A DNA stretch of 64,000 nucleotides from Octopus sinensis (lineage: Eukaryota). This document shows positions 1 through 12,684 of this stretch, one piece after another (position 1 is the first letter of the stretch; each line of letters starts with the position of its first letter). The notes under the pieces were generated by a model, which saw only the letters and a program-made list of their open reading frames with translations, ran no database searches and was not told the DNA's origin. The stretch covers positions 121,768,001-121,832,000 of the forward strand of contig NC_043001.1 of assembly GCF_006345805.1 (NCBI RefSeq), read 5' to 3'. The translations under genes and the position numbers were made by a program.

Positions 1-290
1 GGAAAGCGGACGTTAAACGATGATGATGATGACGATGATATATATCTGAAGTTCTCAACAATTTTTTACCTCAGGACCCCTTTCACTCCTGTTTTACTTA
101 GATGGACCTCCATAGCCATTTGATGCTTAAAAAAAATTATTTTATTTTCATAATTAAATACTAATAGGGATTTTATGAAAAATATGTTAAAATATTTTAT
201 ATGTTGTAAAAGTATAACCGATATATTGTGCATATATTTTAACAACAAAATCTTATATGGACCCCCACCCCCACCACCTCCAGTTGAGAA

Positions 291-331
<41 letters not shown>

Positions 332-739
332 TGCACACACACATGTATATCCTTTGAATGTTTAGAGACATAAATCTTTGTTCTGGTGGGGAGTAGGAGG
401 TTCCTTTCGTGGAATCCACTCTGTTACAAGCACTGGAATGTGGACGGGTGTAGGTCTCTGGTATAAGAATAAGCTTGTCTCTTCCCTGACCCAGTTTTTG
501 AGAATTCCTGTGAAATTGGCATTGGCCCCCCACCATCACCTCCTTTGACAAAAAGAAAAACCAAAAACAATAAAGAATTATTTAAAGAATTGTCACCCCA
601 GACATTAGAAAAGTCACAATTCTTGAACTGGGATATCCTAGAATAATGTATCTTTAAGTGGCAATGCAGAGGGTGATAATTTTTCAAGTGGGGACAGGGT
701 GAGATCAGAACGGTGACAAATTTCACTGACAGATTGTCA

Positions 740-1680
740 ACATCATTACAAAAACAACATTGTCAATATTAAAACACCACTGCCACTACTACAAACACTA
801 CTGTCAATATCACAACACTACAGGCAATACTACAAACACTGCGGTCGCTACCGCAATAACACTGTCACTACTACAACACTGCTGTGACAACTATTATATC
901 ACTGCCATTACTATAACACCATTGTCAATACTAAAACACTACCATAACTGCTACAACACTCTTTTACTCTTCTACTTGTTTCAGTCATTTAACTGTGGCC
1001 ATGCTGGAGCACTGCCTTTAGTCGAGGAAATCGACCACAGGACTTATTCTTTGTAAGCCTAGTACTTATTCTATCGGTCTCTTTTGCCGAACTGCTAAGT
1101 TACGGGGGACGTAAACACACCAGCCTTGGTTGTCAAGCGATGTTGGAATGACACACATAAACATACAAACATACACACATACATATATATACATATATAT
1201 ACAACGGGCTTCTTTCAATTTCCGTCTAGCAAATCCACTCACAAGGCTTTGGTCGGCCCGAGGCTATAGTAGAAGGCACTTGCCCAAGGTGCCACGCAGT
1301 GGGACTGAACCCGGAACCATGTAGTAGGTAAACAAGCTACTTTACCACACAGCCATTACTGCGCCTGCTGACATTACTACAACAGCATCGTCACTACTAT
1401 AAACCACTATCATGAATATAATACCACTGTCACTACAACACTGCTGTCACTACTACAATACTACCGTCAGAACTATGATATCACTGCCATTACTATAACA
1501 CCATTGTCAATACTACAACACTACAATACTACAACAACACTGCGGTCATTACTATAATACTACTGTCAAAACTACATCATCACTACTTTAAATCACCATT
1601 ATGAATACAACACCACCGTCAATACTACAACACTGCTGTCACTGTATTACCATTACCATGTCCACAACATCTCCGTCACT
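740..1680. repeat. Degenerate ACT/CAA-rich low-complexity repeat interrupted by a SINE
   Basis: Recurrent caccattgtcaatactacaacact-like units on both sides of the SINE at 961-1365. Confidence 0.7.
961..1365 (-). mobile_element. Full-length tRNA-derived SINE family A+B (CORE-like; resembles octopus OR-type SINEs)
   Basis: Head ggcgcag(g)agtggctgtgtggtaag with A box and ggttcagtccc B box, CORE-like gcaccttgggcaagtg, internal (TA)n/(TG)n, 3' body ending gactgaaacaagtaaaagag. There are more than 20 full or partial copies in the window. Family naming is from memory. Confidence 0.8.
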
Positions 1681-2799
1681 TCTATAATGCAGACAGATAA
1701 CATTTTTACAATATCTTCTAAATGATTATTGCAACATCAGTTAATTTTAGAATGCTGTGTATATTATTCTATTCTTTTTATTTTTCCTTTGAACTTTCAC
1801 AATAAAGACGATGCACAGCATAAAGGAACAACTTTATGATATTTTAATCACACAAATTATATTCTCGGTTGTCTGAGGGAACAGGCTGAAGTGACAATTC
1901 TTTATGTGGAAGGCATGCTAGAATGACAATTCTTCAGGTGTAACACACACACACTCTCTCTCTCTCTCTTTTTCTCTCACAGAGGTGAACTTGTTTAATT
2001 CAGTTAGAATCCAGCAAATCAATGCCGTTCTTAGTATAGTAGATACTATTTAATTAACAAGACAACTTCTTTCATAAATATAGCCTTGCACAAAGACAAA
2101 TAATATTATATCATATTTTATTTATTTCATTTTATTCATTTTTTTTTTATTCCGCAAGACACATGGTACTGACATTGATGTTCCTGAATTTAGAAGATCA
2201 AAGTTTTCCTAGCTAGCGCACTGAAGATCTGTATTGCCCAAAACCAATTTTCCAGTTTCCTTCTCTGTTGAGAGAAAAATTCATTAGATTTCTATAGTTT
2301 TCAGTTACAGACATCCTCTGCAACAATCTTTTACGGTGAACAGGCCAATAATACATCAATCGACTAACTCTTGTAACTCCATGTACGTCAGCAATTAAAT
2401 TTTCTGCTCAGCTGAACAATATCAATTTACATTTTCTTAGTTTGTTATTTTTCTGTGTTTTTTTTTAAATATTTTTTTGATAAATTATTTTTTATTTTAT
2501 TTGTTATTTTTTTTATTTTGTAAACTCTTGTTAAATATTGTCAAACAAGTCAAAAATATTTGTGTGTGTATGAAGGTGGCAGGTAAGCAGAATCGTTAGT
2601 ATAGGTGTGGCTGTGTGATAAGAAACTTGCTTCCCAACCACAAGGTTCTAGGTTCAGTCCCACTGCATGGCACCTTGGGCAAGTGTCTTCTATTATAGCC
2701 TCGGGCTGACCAAAGCCTTGTGAGTGGATTTGGTTGACAGAAACTGAAAGAAGTCTGTCGTATATATGTATATATATATTTATACCGTTAGCCACTACA

Positions 2800-2960
2800 C
2801 ACGTTTTTTTCTCACCTTGTTTTTTCTGTCCCTTTCTGTAGAAAAGCATAGGTTCAAAACGTAAAAGACTTTTTCTATTCCTGAGCGTTATACTAATACA
2901 TCTGTTTGTTTTGTACACCACCTGTTCTCGTCTTTTGTTTTTTTCGTAAACTCTCCCTAT
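2800..2960 (+). mobile_element. Penelope-like terminal remnant with decayed hammerhead scaffold
   Basis: ctgtagaaaagcataggttcaaaacgt...gagcgtta; related to the copies at 51515 and 58421 (opposite orientation) and ends in (TA)n. Confidence 0.55.
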
Positions 2961-3200
2961 ATATATATATATATCTTCTTTTATTTGTTTGTTATTTGAC
3001 TCCAGCCATGCTGGAACACTGCTTTTAGTCAAACAAATCGCACCCAGAACTTATTCTTTGTAAGTCTAGTAGTTATTCTATTGGTCTCTTATTGCCAAGC
3101 CACTAAGTTATGGGGACGTAAACACACCAACATCAGTTGTCAAGTGATGGTGGGGGGACAAACACAGACACACAAATACATACATACATATATATATGTA

Positions 3201-3254
<54 letters not shown>

Positions 3255-3256
3255 AA

Positions 3257-3565
3257 CAGTGGTGGACTGGGTCTAAAAATACTGGTTGCCAGGAGACTAA
3301 GGAAGCCTACCCACAACTAAAAGGGGGCCCACCCGCAACTACAAAGCTATCATTTTTTTTTTTTGTTAAAAGTATTCTTTTCAGCTGTCTATAAACACAG
3401 CCAGGTTGAAATAATGAATGCATTCTTCCAGGAGTGAATAAACAATTCTCAAACTTGAGGGGATGGGCCCCTTAGACACTAACATGGGCCCCCATATATA
3501 GATTCTAATGGCACAGGAGCCTACTTGCCACCAGGCAAGCAGGCAACCCGGCCAGTCTGCCACTG
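3257..3565. mobile_element. MITE, probably hAT
   Basis: TIRs cagtggtggactgg / ccagtctgccactg (12/14 match) inserted in a (TA)n tract. Confidence 0.65.
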
Positions 3566-3576
3566 TATATATATAT

Positions 3577-3662
3577 ATCATCATCATCATCATCGTTTAA
3601 TGTCCGTTTTCTATGCTGGCATGGGTTGGACAGTTACACTGGGGTCTGGGAAGCCAGGAGGC
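3577..3662 (-). mobile_element. 5'-truncated family D retroposon with (GAT)n tail
   Basis: Reverse complement of the D 3' end (..ccaacccatgccagcatggaaaacggacgttaaacgatgatgat) also seen at 1-40, 8005-8185, 10135-10440 and 11275-11560. Confidence 0.85.
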
Positions 3663-3900
3663 TTTGAGTTTTTTCAATAGAGAGTTGGGCCTGCTTGGTG
3701 ATTCATATTTAACAACTGCGGTATTATAACTGTACTAAGGTAACATAATAATTTGCTCTATAAATTGGGGCCAGAATGAATGGTTTGACGAAAATTTAAC
3801 TGTCTCTATTTTATTTATTAGAAATTAATTTTTATAGTGAAAAAGTTTAGATTATTTAAAGGGACGAAGAGACCCTATTGAGCTTTTATTATTATTTAAT
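3660..3900 (+). pseudogene. rrnL: NUMT: mitochondrial 16S rRNA (rrnL) fragment
   Basis: Conserved 16S motifs in order: gggcctgc..ggtga, ctgcggtattataactgtactaaggta, gaatgaatggtttgacga, gggacgaa(g/a)agaccctattgagctt. The fragment is embedded among nuclear SINEs. Confidence 0.9.
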
Positions 3901-4166
3901 GTCTCTTTAACTAAAGACACAAGGGAGTGAGGGATAGTCAATTACACCAACCCAAGTGGTCAACGGACATCTATGGTTTGACGAAAATTTAACTGTCTCT
4001 ATTTTATTTATTAGAAATTAATTTTTATAGTGAAAAAGCTTGGATTATTTAAAGGGACGAAAAGACCCTATTGAGCTTTTATTATTATTTAATGTCTCTT
4101 TAACTAAAGACACAAGGGAATGAGGGATAGTCAATTACACCAACCCAAGTGGTCAACGGACATCTA
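3781..4166 (+). repeat. 193-bp tandem duplication (3781-3973, 3974-4166) of part of the NUMT plus adjacent SINE-C-like remnant
   Basis: Direct comparison shows two copies differing at 4 substitutions. Confidence 0.92.
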
Positions 4167-5489
4167 TTTCATTGAACCTGGAAGGATGAACAAGGCCAAT
4201 CTTAGTGGAATTTGAACCCAGAACATAAAGAGCAGGAAGAAATACCATGAAGCATTTTGTCTGACATGCCTACAATAACATCACAAAAATATACAAGGTT
4301 GGCCAAAATTTATCTGACAGTAAATCAAAACCATTTAATTCCAAGATTTATTTATGTTTAACAACTGAATGAATTTAATAAAAGCATCTAAATATGAAAC
4401 ATCACAAAAATTGTTCATAGTGAAGTCTTTTTTTGAGTGACACATTTTTCCATTCAAGTCAATACAGAATTACAGACAGTATTTATGGAATTTTGATTTA
4501 CTGTCGGGTGGCTTTTAGCCAACCCAGTACAAAATACAAAAAGGTTTTATAGGTGTGAGAAAAATAATAGTTTGTTTCCTTTATTTTCATACTAAATAGT
4601 ACTTGAATCCAAATCAAATAATTTCTTTAAATAAAACTTTTAAATAGGATTTTATTCAGACAATAACAGAGATGAATAATTTCTATGAATGAAAAGATTT
4701 ACTGCGAACATATATTATATTACAAGACACAATGAGCTACTTGTTCTGCCAGCTATTATTAGTAGGTCTGGTCATGTTATTATTCTCAAATGCACCCACA
4801 ACAATTACATCAAGTTTAACTACCTCCTCCACATTTTCTTCTATTCAAAATGTCAATTGAAACACTACTAAATATCTTGCATTTCTAATTTTGTCAATCC
4901 TAAGAGTGGCAACTTTGCTCTAACAGGTGTTAATAATATTAAAGCTAACATCTCTAAGAAAAATCAAAGCCGGTCTGTGTGACATGACTCATGTCTCCAG
5001 GCATTCATGCAGCTTTTAATTTTTCTATAGCTTTATCTGCTCCAAGATTCACCATTCCAAAAAAGAATTATTTCATGTTCTCTTGAGGTTTCTAAATTCA
5101 TATGACATCAATGACATCATAATGGTATTTAGTCTCAATATGTTGCATTTTGAGTTCAAATCCAGTGATAGTTGACTTTTTCTTTCAAATTTCTTTCAAA
5201 CTGTATTTATTCATGTATTAGCCAAGCTATTTCATTCTTGATTTTAACTGAAATCGTTCATGATGGAAATGGCAATTACTAATATCATTTATTAAAAATG
5301 CTCCTTAAGTCTTCCACTCTGAAGATGGTGTAGTTAGCTTAGATGGAGATCTTTGGTCAATGAGTTATGCATCATATGCACAGTTATTCTAGAAACAGCT
5401 GTAAGAGATTTATGCATTACCCCTTAATCCTTTATTTGATCTAACAACTCTGATATTATGCTTGAATTATATATATATATATATATATA

Positions 5490-5524
<35 letters not shown>

Positions 5525-5543
5525 GTGTGTGTGTGTGTGTGCG

Positions 5544-5608
<65 letters not shown>

Positions 5609-5678
5609 TGTGTGTGTGTGTGCGTGTATATATATATATATATGTGTGTGTGTATGTGTATATATATATATATATATA

Positions 5679-5832
5679 GGCGCAGGTGTGGCTGTGTGGC
5701 AAGAAGCTTGCTTCTCAACCACATGGTTCCGTGTTCAGTCCTATCTTGGGCAAGTGTCTTCTACTATAGCCTTGGGCTGCCCAAAGCCTTGTGAGTGGAT
5801 TTGGTAAACAGAAACTGAAAGAAGCCTGTCAT
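5679..5832 (+). mobile_element. SINE family A head and core
   Basis: Matches the A consensus. Similar copies at 2603, 7236, 9700, 9913, 11070, 22279, 51345 and 54620. Confidence 0.85.
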
Positions 5833-5843
5833 ATATATATATA

Positions 5844-6007
5844 CCGGAGTAAGCACATAAATGTGAAACAAGGTGGAAAAAGAAGTACACAAATACCAGA
5901 GGTAGAGTAATATGCTTTATTTAAAAGCAGCAGAAATATAACAAAAGCTGTTACTCGGAGTTTCCCGTTCCCGTTCGTTGTTATATTTCTGCTGCTTTTA
6001 AATAAAG
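5844..6007. mobile_element. Penelope-like small element with a perfect 30-bp inverted repeat enclosing half a hammerhead
   Basis: Arms 5915-5944 and 5978-6007 are exact reverse complements. Same family as 36233-36455, flanked by (TA)n. Confidence 0.7.
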
Positions 6008-8202
6008 TATATATATATATATATATATATGTATGCATGTATATATGTCCATATATAAAAGACACACACACACGTTTATATATACATAAGCAAGCATAGA
6101 TATATACATGTGTGTGAATTTTTGTAATAATTATAATAACCTTATATGCACACACACACACAACCACCACTGCCACCGCCGCCGCTACCACTACCACCAC
6201 CGTCAGTTAATACCCTTGTTTATTCTTCCATCTAATAATAGATATTTATTATGACTTTTAGTGCTCTAATTTCAGCATCAAATGCTCAACCATTTTTATT
6301 ACAGGTTAATATATACATAAAAAAAAAGAAAAAAAAAAATTGGTAAAAATCAATCTAGTCAGCTGATCTGACTGGCCAATCAGAAAAAAGCCTCTAACTT
6401 TACATCAGAAGCTGGTTTCCATTGTTTGTGATTGTCTCTAAATGAGAGAAGATGGGGGCATTGAATGTATCACTTGTGACTTCTAATCTGGTTGATGTAT
6501 TATCAAGTATTACATAATGAGGAGGCAATGGCCAATAAAATATACTGTAAATATATTGTAAAATTTCCATTCTCCCATTATCCACCTTTAATATTCAAAT
6601 GTGTTGTTCACTATATAAAAGGGACAATGGATCCTATCTGCTTTTTTTTTTTTAAAACAAAATGACTACTGGTATAGTATATAATATATTAATATTTCAA
6701 AATAATTATAATGATACAATCATTCAAATGTCATGCTTAAAGGTGGGTTTATTACATATAAAAACGTACATATATATATATATATACACATACTCACACA
6801 CACACAAATGTATATATAATATGTATGAATGCAAATGAAATATTTCTGAAACAGGAATAACTAGAAGGGATTTTTTTTTTTATTCATATAAATCTATTCT
6901 GTTTTAACAAAACAGAAGTTATGCCAGTCTTTCCTACTACTCTTTTTATAAGTACAACTCAGATCTAAGGTGTCAGCATACCCATACCTGGATATATATG
7001 TGGATGAGTATCTGTGTATGCACATATATATACGCACAAACACACCTGTTCACACACACAAACACACACATCATCAAAAGGAGCAGAGTAAAGTACATCA
7101 CGCAACCAAAAATCATGCTCGTTTGTGGGTTCCATATTCCACTCCAGATATCCAGTGTAATATGATGTGGGTATCAAGCAGCGTTTCTTAAACAGGGTTC
7201 CCTGGAACCCTAGTGCTTTGCAAATGGTTCCTAAGGGCGCAGGAGTGGCTGTGTGGTAAATAGCTTGCTTAGAAACCACATGGTTCCGGGTTCAGTCCCA
7301 CTGCGTGGCACCTTAGACAAGTGTCTTCTACTGTAGCCTCAGGCTGACTAAAACCTTGTGAGTGGATTTGGTAGATAGAAACTGAAAGAAGCCCGTCGTA
7401 TACATGTATATATATATATCTGTATATATGTATTTGATATAAGATCAGCTTAGTTTCTGCTTCAAACATTTGTTGTTGTTAGACAAGAACTGGTCAAGTG
7501 GATGGACAGGGTATTGGGACATATTATTACATTGATGAATCTGAATCACTGAGATTAAGAAGTTTCCTCTTTAGATGCAGCATGAAGACACTTCAACACT
7601 GATCAGTATATGACCCTCTCCAAAGCTCAAGTGTGACACACATATTAGAGTGCTGCTCACATATCAGGGATGAAACTGTACACACATACACACACACACA
7701 TGGATAGAGACAGAGAGAGGGCATGAGAGAGATGGGCAGATAGATTAATATTGACACATACATGCATACATAGAATACAATACTTCAAACACACACACAG
7801 ACTTATATATACATACACTCTCACACACAAACATGTGTGTGTGTGTATGTGTGAGTGTGTGTCTATTTATATGTATATATAGATAGATAGATAGATATCC
7901 AGACAAGCTGACAAATAGATATGCACACACACACACACACACACACACACCACACACACACACACATACCAAATATGTGTATGTGTGTGTAATTATATAA
8001 ATATATGGCATGTAAAAAGCACCCACTACACTCTCATAGTGGTTGGCATTAGGAAGGGTATCCAGGTGTAGAAACCTTGCCAAATCAGATTGGAGCATGG
8101 TGCAGCATTCTGGTTTGCCAGTCCGCTGTCAAACCGTCCAACCCATGCCAGCATGGAAAGCATACGTTAAACGATGATGATGATAAGGACATATATATAT
8201 GC

Positions 8203-8251
<49 letters not shown>

Positions 8252-9841
8252 AATGAAAACATACCTCTACATGCACAAACTCTCATAGATGCATAAATTC
8301 CAGTGTTTTCAGGAAAGGGAGAATTTCACATATTTGCAGAATTCATTTACTAGATCCTGCAGAAGAATTCTTTTTTTTTTTTTTTCCTTTTCTTTGTTTG
8401 TTCCAATTTTTGTTGTTGTTGTTGTCGTTGCCAATGCTGATCGTTCAAAACAAAAAATATTAGAATCATACAAACTCTAAAGAATTTTGTTTCACTGCAA
8501 ACATTAACTGTATTAACGATCTGTTTAATAAATGTCATCCAACAACAGTAACAACAATAACAACATCACTAATAATAGCAGAAACAACAACAACAACAAC
8601 TTCTGTTAAATAGAACTAAACTATTGTGTTCAAGCACACATCAATGCTTCATTGTTTTCTTTCTTCTTCTTCTTCTTCTTCTTTGTTTGCTTCGGCCATT
8701 GATTAGAAAACTCACCACACAGACTATAAACCCATGCACTTTAATTGATCTCGTTAATTCTGTTGGTTACAGTTGCTAAATTCAATAAAATAAATAAACT
8801 TTTGGACAAAAATTAATTAGAACCTGATATACAATGAAGTTAAAACTTTTAATCCTGAGAAGGAACAAAAGACCAAGAAAATTAATGAAAAAATGTCGTT
8901 AAAAGTCTTACAGTCTGGTGGGGGTTAAAATGCAAACATTATAAAACATAACAATGTTATTGTTTGCTTAATCTCAATGAAAATAAGCAAAGGAAAATGA
9001 CTTGAAGAGGCCAGTGGCATGTATCTGAATAACAAACAAATACAGGCATGTTAAATGTCATACAACAAAAGTTCTTGATTTATTAAAATTATCTCCACCA
9101 CTAGAGAATATGTATTAATTATCAAATGTCAATCAAGATCAGCTCCACTGGAGAAGGTGAAATAATACTGAGATTCAAGAATTCTCCAAAACTGATATGC
9201 TATTAATGAAAGGGACAGGTTTATTGAGTGGAGAAAAGAGGACAGTTATGGACATGGGTTTCCGGCTCAATAGCCTTCATCGGCATGACAATCGTTTTAC
9301 TTATCTCCAGTAGCCAAAGGACTTAATTTTACTGTTATGGCCTAGGTAATTTGCAGTGATTTAAACAAAACTGAGTTAAGAAAAATAACTCAAAGAGTCC
9401 ATTGTCGCTGCCATTTAACCGGCCCCAAGTGAGCCCTTGTAGAAAAGTTCTATTATCAAATGGGTTCTGGTCTTAACCATCCCATATTTTTTATTTATAG
9501 AAACCACATAGTAAAATGTATTGCATCCTTGTTAATGTATGATAGTGAGTGAAATTTAGCTGCTATTTTTATGCAGGTTGTGCAACCATGCAAAGATTTC
9601 ATACATAAGAGACAGGACAGAGGAAATATGTGGCTGAATGAATCCTGTAATCTGTTTAGCTGTAGGAACCCCGTTGAAGATTTGGTTTTTATATAAGTGC
9701 AGGCATGGCTGTGTTGTTTAGAAGTGTGAAGTTTGGGGTTCAGTCCCACTATGCAGCACCTTGGGCAAGTGTCTTCTTCTATAGCCTCAGATCAAACAAT
9801 GTTTTGTGAGTGAATTTAGTAGGTGGAAACTGTGCAGAAGC

Positions 9842-9911
<70 letters not shown>

Positions 9912-9912
9912 T

Positions 9913-10440
9913 AGCACAGGAGTGGCTGTGTGGTAAGAAGCTTTTTCCCAACCATATGGTTCCAGGTTCAGTCCCTCTACATGGCACCTTGGGCAAGTGT
10001 CTTCTACTATAGCCTCAGGCCAACCAAAGCCTTGTGAGTGGATTTGGTTGATGGAAACTGAAAGAAGCATATTGTATATATAAAATATATGTGTATGTAT
10101 GTATTTGCGTGTCTCTGTTTGACAAAAGAAACCGGTGGCATGTAAAAAGCACCATCTGAACATGGCTGATGCCAGCACCACCTGACTGGCATCCGTGTCA
10201 GTGACACATAAGAAGCACCAACCGATTGTGGCTGTTTGCCAGCCTCATCTGGCACCTGTGCCAGTGGCATGTAAACAGCACCCACTACACTCACAGAGTG
10301 GTTGGTGTTAGGAAGGGCATCCAGCTGTAGAAACACTGCCAGATCAGACTGGAGCCTGGCACAGCCTCCTGGCTTCCCAGACCCCCCGTCAAACCGTCCA
10401 ACCCATATTAGCATGGAAAACGGACGTTAAATGATGATCA
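9913..10440 (+). mobile_element. SINE A head followed by family D body with (GAT)n tail
   Basis: A head/core, a TA/TG tract, then a D body with three ggcatgtaaaaagcacc-like units and ggttggtgttaggaagggcatccag. The same arrangement occurs at 11070-11560. Confidence 0.75.
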
Positions 10441-11238
10441 TGATCATGATTGTTTATTATGTTAATGCTAATGCTGACAGATATTCTTTTTTAAGCTTTT
10501 GTAATTACTGTTTTAGAAGTACAAAATCAAGTACCATTACTTTGTTTTTCCAGACTAGGATCACATAGAAGCTATGAGATTTTATTATGTGTAAGCAAAG
10601 CTATTGCCAATTCTTACAGCTCGTAACTGTGAATATTTTGCTTATTTTACAACCTACGTTATCGCTTACCATAAATCTGTCACGCTGCATAGCATGGCAG
10701 ATGAGGGCTGGGAAGAGGGAATATGATAAATGGTGCAGAGGATAGAAACAATTTATGTTTATTCTTCCTGGCAATCATTTCAAAGACAATGACAGCAGTT
10801 ATACTAGCTGCAATAGCAGTAACAACACACTCTCCTGAAATTGCACACATAGTGCACACATAGCTGCAATGACAACATGAAGAATAGAGCGAAAAAGAGC
10901 AGTACCAATGAATGCAAGAGTAGCAGAGTTGAATGAATAATAATGTGTTTGAATTTGGGAAGGACTGACTCTTGTCTGATCAACGAAGTAAAAGCAACAC
11001 CAAGCCTAGTTAGTAATGAGATGGGCGGCAACTTGGGAAATCTTAGTGTTTTAAGCATCTTAATTTTATAGGTGTAGGCATAGCTGAGGTAATAAACTTA
11101 CTTCTTAACCACTTGGTTTCAAGTTCAAGTCTAACGTGTGGCATCTTGGGCAAATGCTTTCTTCTATAGCCTTTGGCCGACCAAAGTCATGTAAGAGGAT
11201 TTAGTAGAGGGAAACTGAAAGCAGCCCATTGTGTGCGC

Positions 11239-11273
<35 letters not shown>

Positions 11274-12613
11274 GCAAGTCGATGACAGTGTCTCCTGACA
11301 GGCTCCCATGCCAGTGGCACATAAAAAGTACCATCTGAACATGGTCGATGCCAGTGCCCCATGACTGGCTTACGTGCCGGTGGCACGTAAAAAGCACCCA
11401 CTACACTCTCGGGGTGGTTGACGTTAGGAAGGGCATCCAGATTTAGAAACCTTGCCAAATCAGATTGGAGCCTAGTGCAGCCTCCTGGCTTGTCAGTCCT
11501 CAGTCAAACCGTCCAACCCATGCCAGCATGGAAAGCGTACGTTAAACGATGATGATGAGGAAGATGCATGCATACATAAATACATACATAGGTATATACA
11601 AGTATGTATGTACGCATGTATGTATGTATGCGGGCTTGTATACATACATACATGCATACATACATGTATGTATGTATTATGTATGTATGTATGTATGTAT
11701 GTATGTATGTATGTATGTATGTATGTATGTATGTATGTATGTATGTATGTATGTATGTATGTATGTCTGCATCCAACCACTTTACAACTACTGTTGGTTT
11801 TTTTGTTTTTTTTAGCATCTATGATCAATCTGTTAAATTAAAATCCTTCGAGGCAGCGCACCAGTATGGCCGCAGTCCAAAGTCCGAAATAAGTAAAAAA
11901 TATATATATATAAACAGTTAAGAAGACCATCGCTAAATTCAGAATGGGACATCGTACAGAGCTACAAAGCTGGTGAACAAAACTAAAGAGAGTATTTGTG
12001 AAAGAAATACAGAATAGATTTAGTGGTCTAGACTCTAGACAAAGGAATGAACAATTGTGAGCCATACGTTGTTTGTTTTTTTTTTTCTTCTTTCATTTGA
12101 GAAATCGATAGAATGTAATAGTGTCATGTCATAACAATTATGTACAGAAAGGAAAGGTCATTGCCGTCTGACAACACTAAATTTGTGTCTGATGTCCACA
12201 AAGAGTAGCATTAAAATTTACTTCAACATTTAAGCATGAGAATGCAAGAGAGATTTTTGTAAGATGGCGATGCAATATAAACGGAGTTTTGTATTTAAAA
12301 GATGCTTAAAAAAACGTAGAAAAGAAATAAATTGAAACGTATTTTGTACTGAGGAAGAAAAATTTCTGGAAGATAACATTTGGGGATGATGTAGAAATCA
12401 ATGTTGCTTTTATGTGGTGTTGTTATGATTGTCTGAAAACATTACCAATACCTGGATGTATTAAGAATTGTGGAGATCGCAGGCCATTGTAGACCCTGGG
12501 GTGATTGAATTGAAACTAATTGGAAAACATGATATTAAGTGTTCTCTGTGTGTGGGGAAAAAAAGATGACGCTTGAGAGGCTTAAGAATGACAACAAGAT
12601 GCTTAACAATGAC

Positions 12614-12684
<71 letters not shown>

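Noticed and set aside
424-545. Minus-strand candidate exon after a pyrimidine tract (GDGGGPMPISQEF... or EVMVGGQCQF...)
   Set aside because: No recognisable homology and no clear donor; it cannot be told from chance.
2159-2212. Plus-strand candidate terminal exon THGTDIDVPEFRRSKFS* after a strong acceptor
   Set aside because: It is plausible but short, has no identifiable family and no linked upstream exon was found.
4732-4860. 42-aa ORF resembling a signal peptide (MSYLFCQLLLVGLVMLLFSNA...)
   Set aside because: The opposite strand is equally open and protein-like, and nothing supports either reading.
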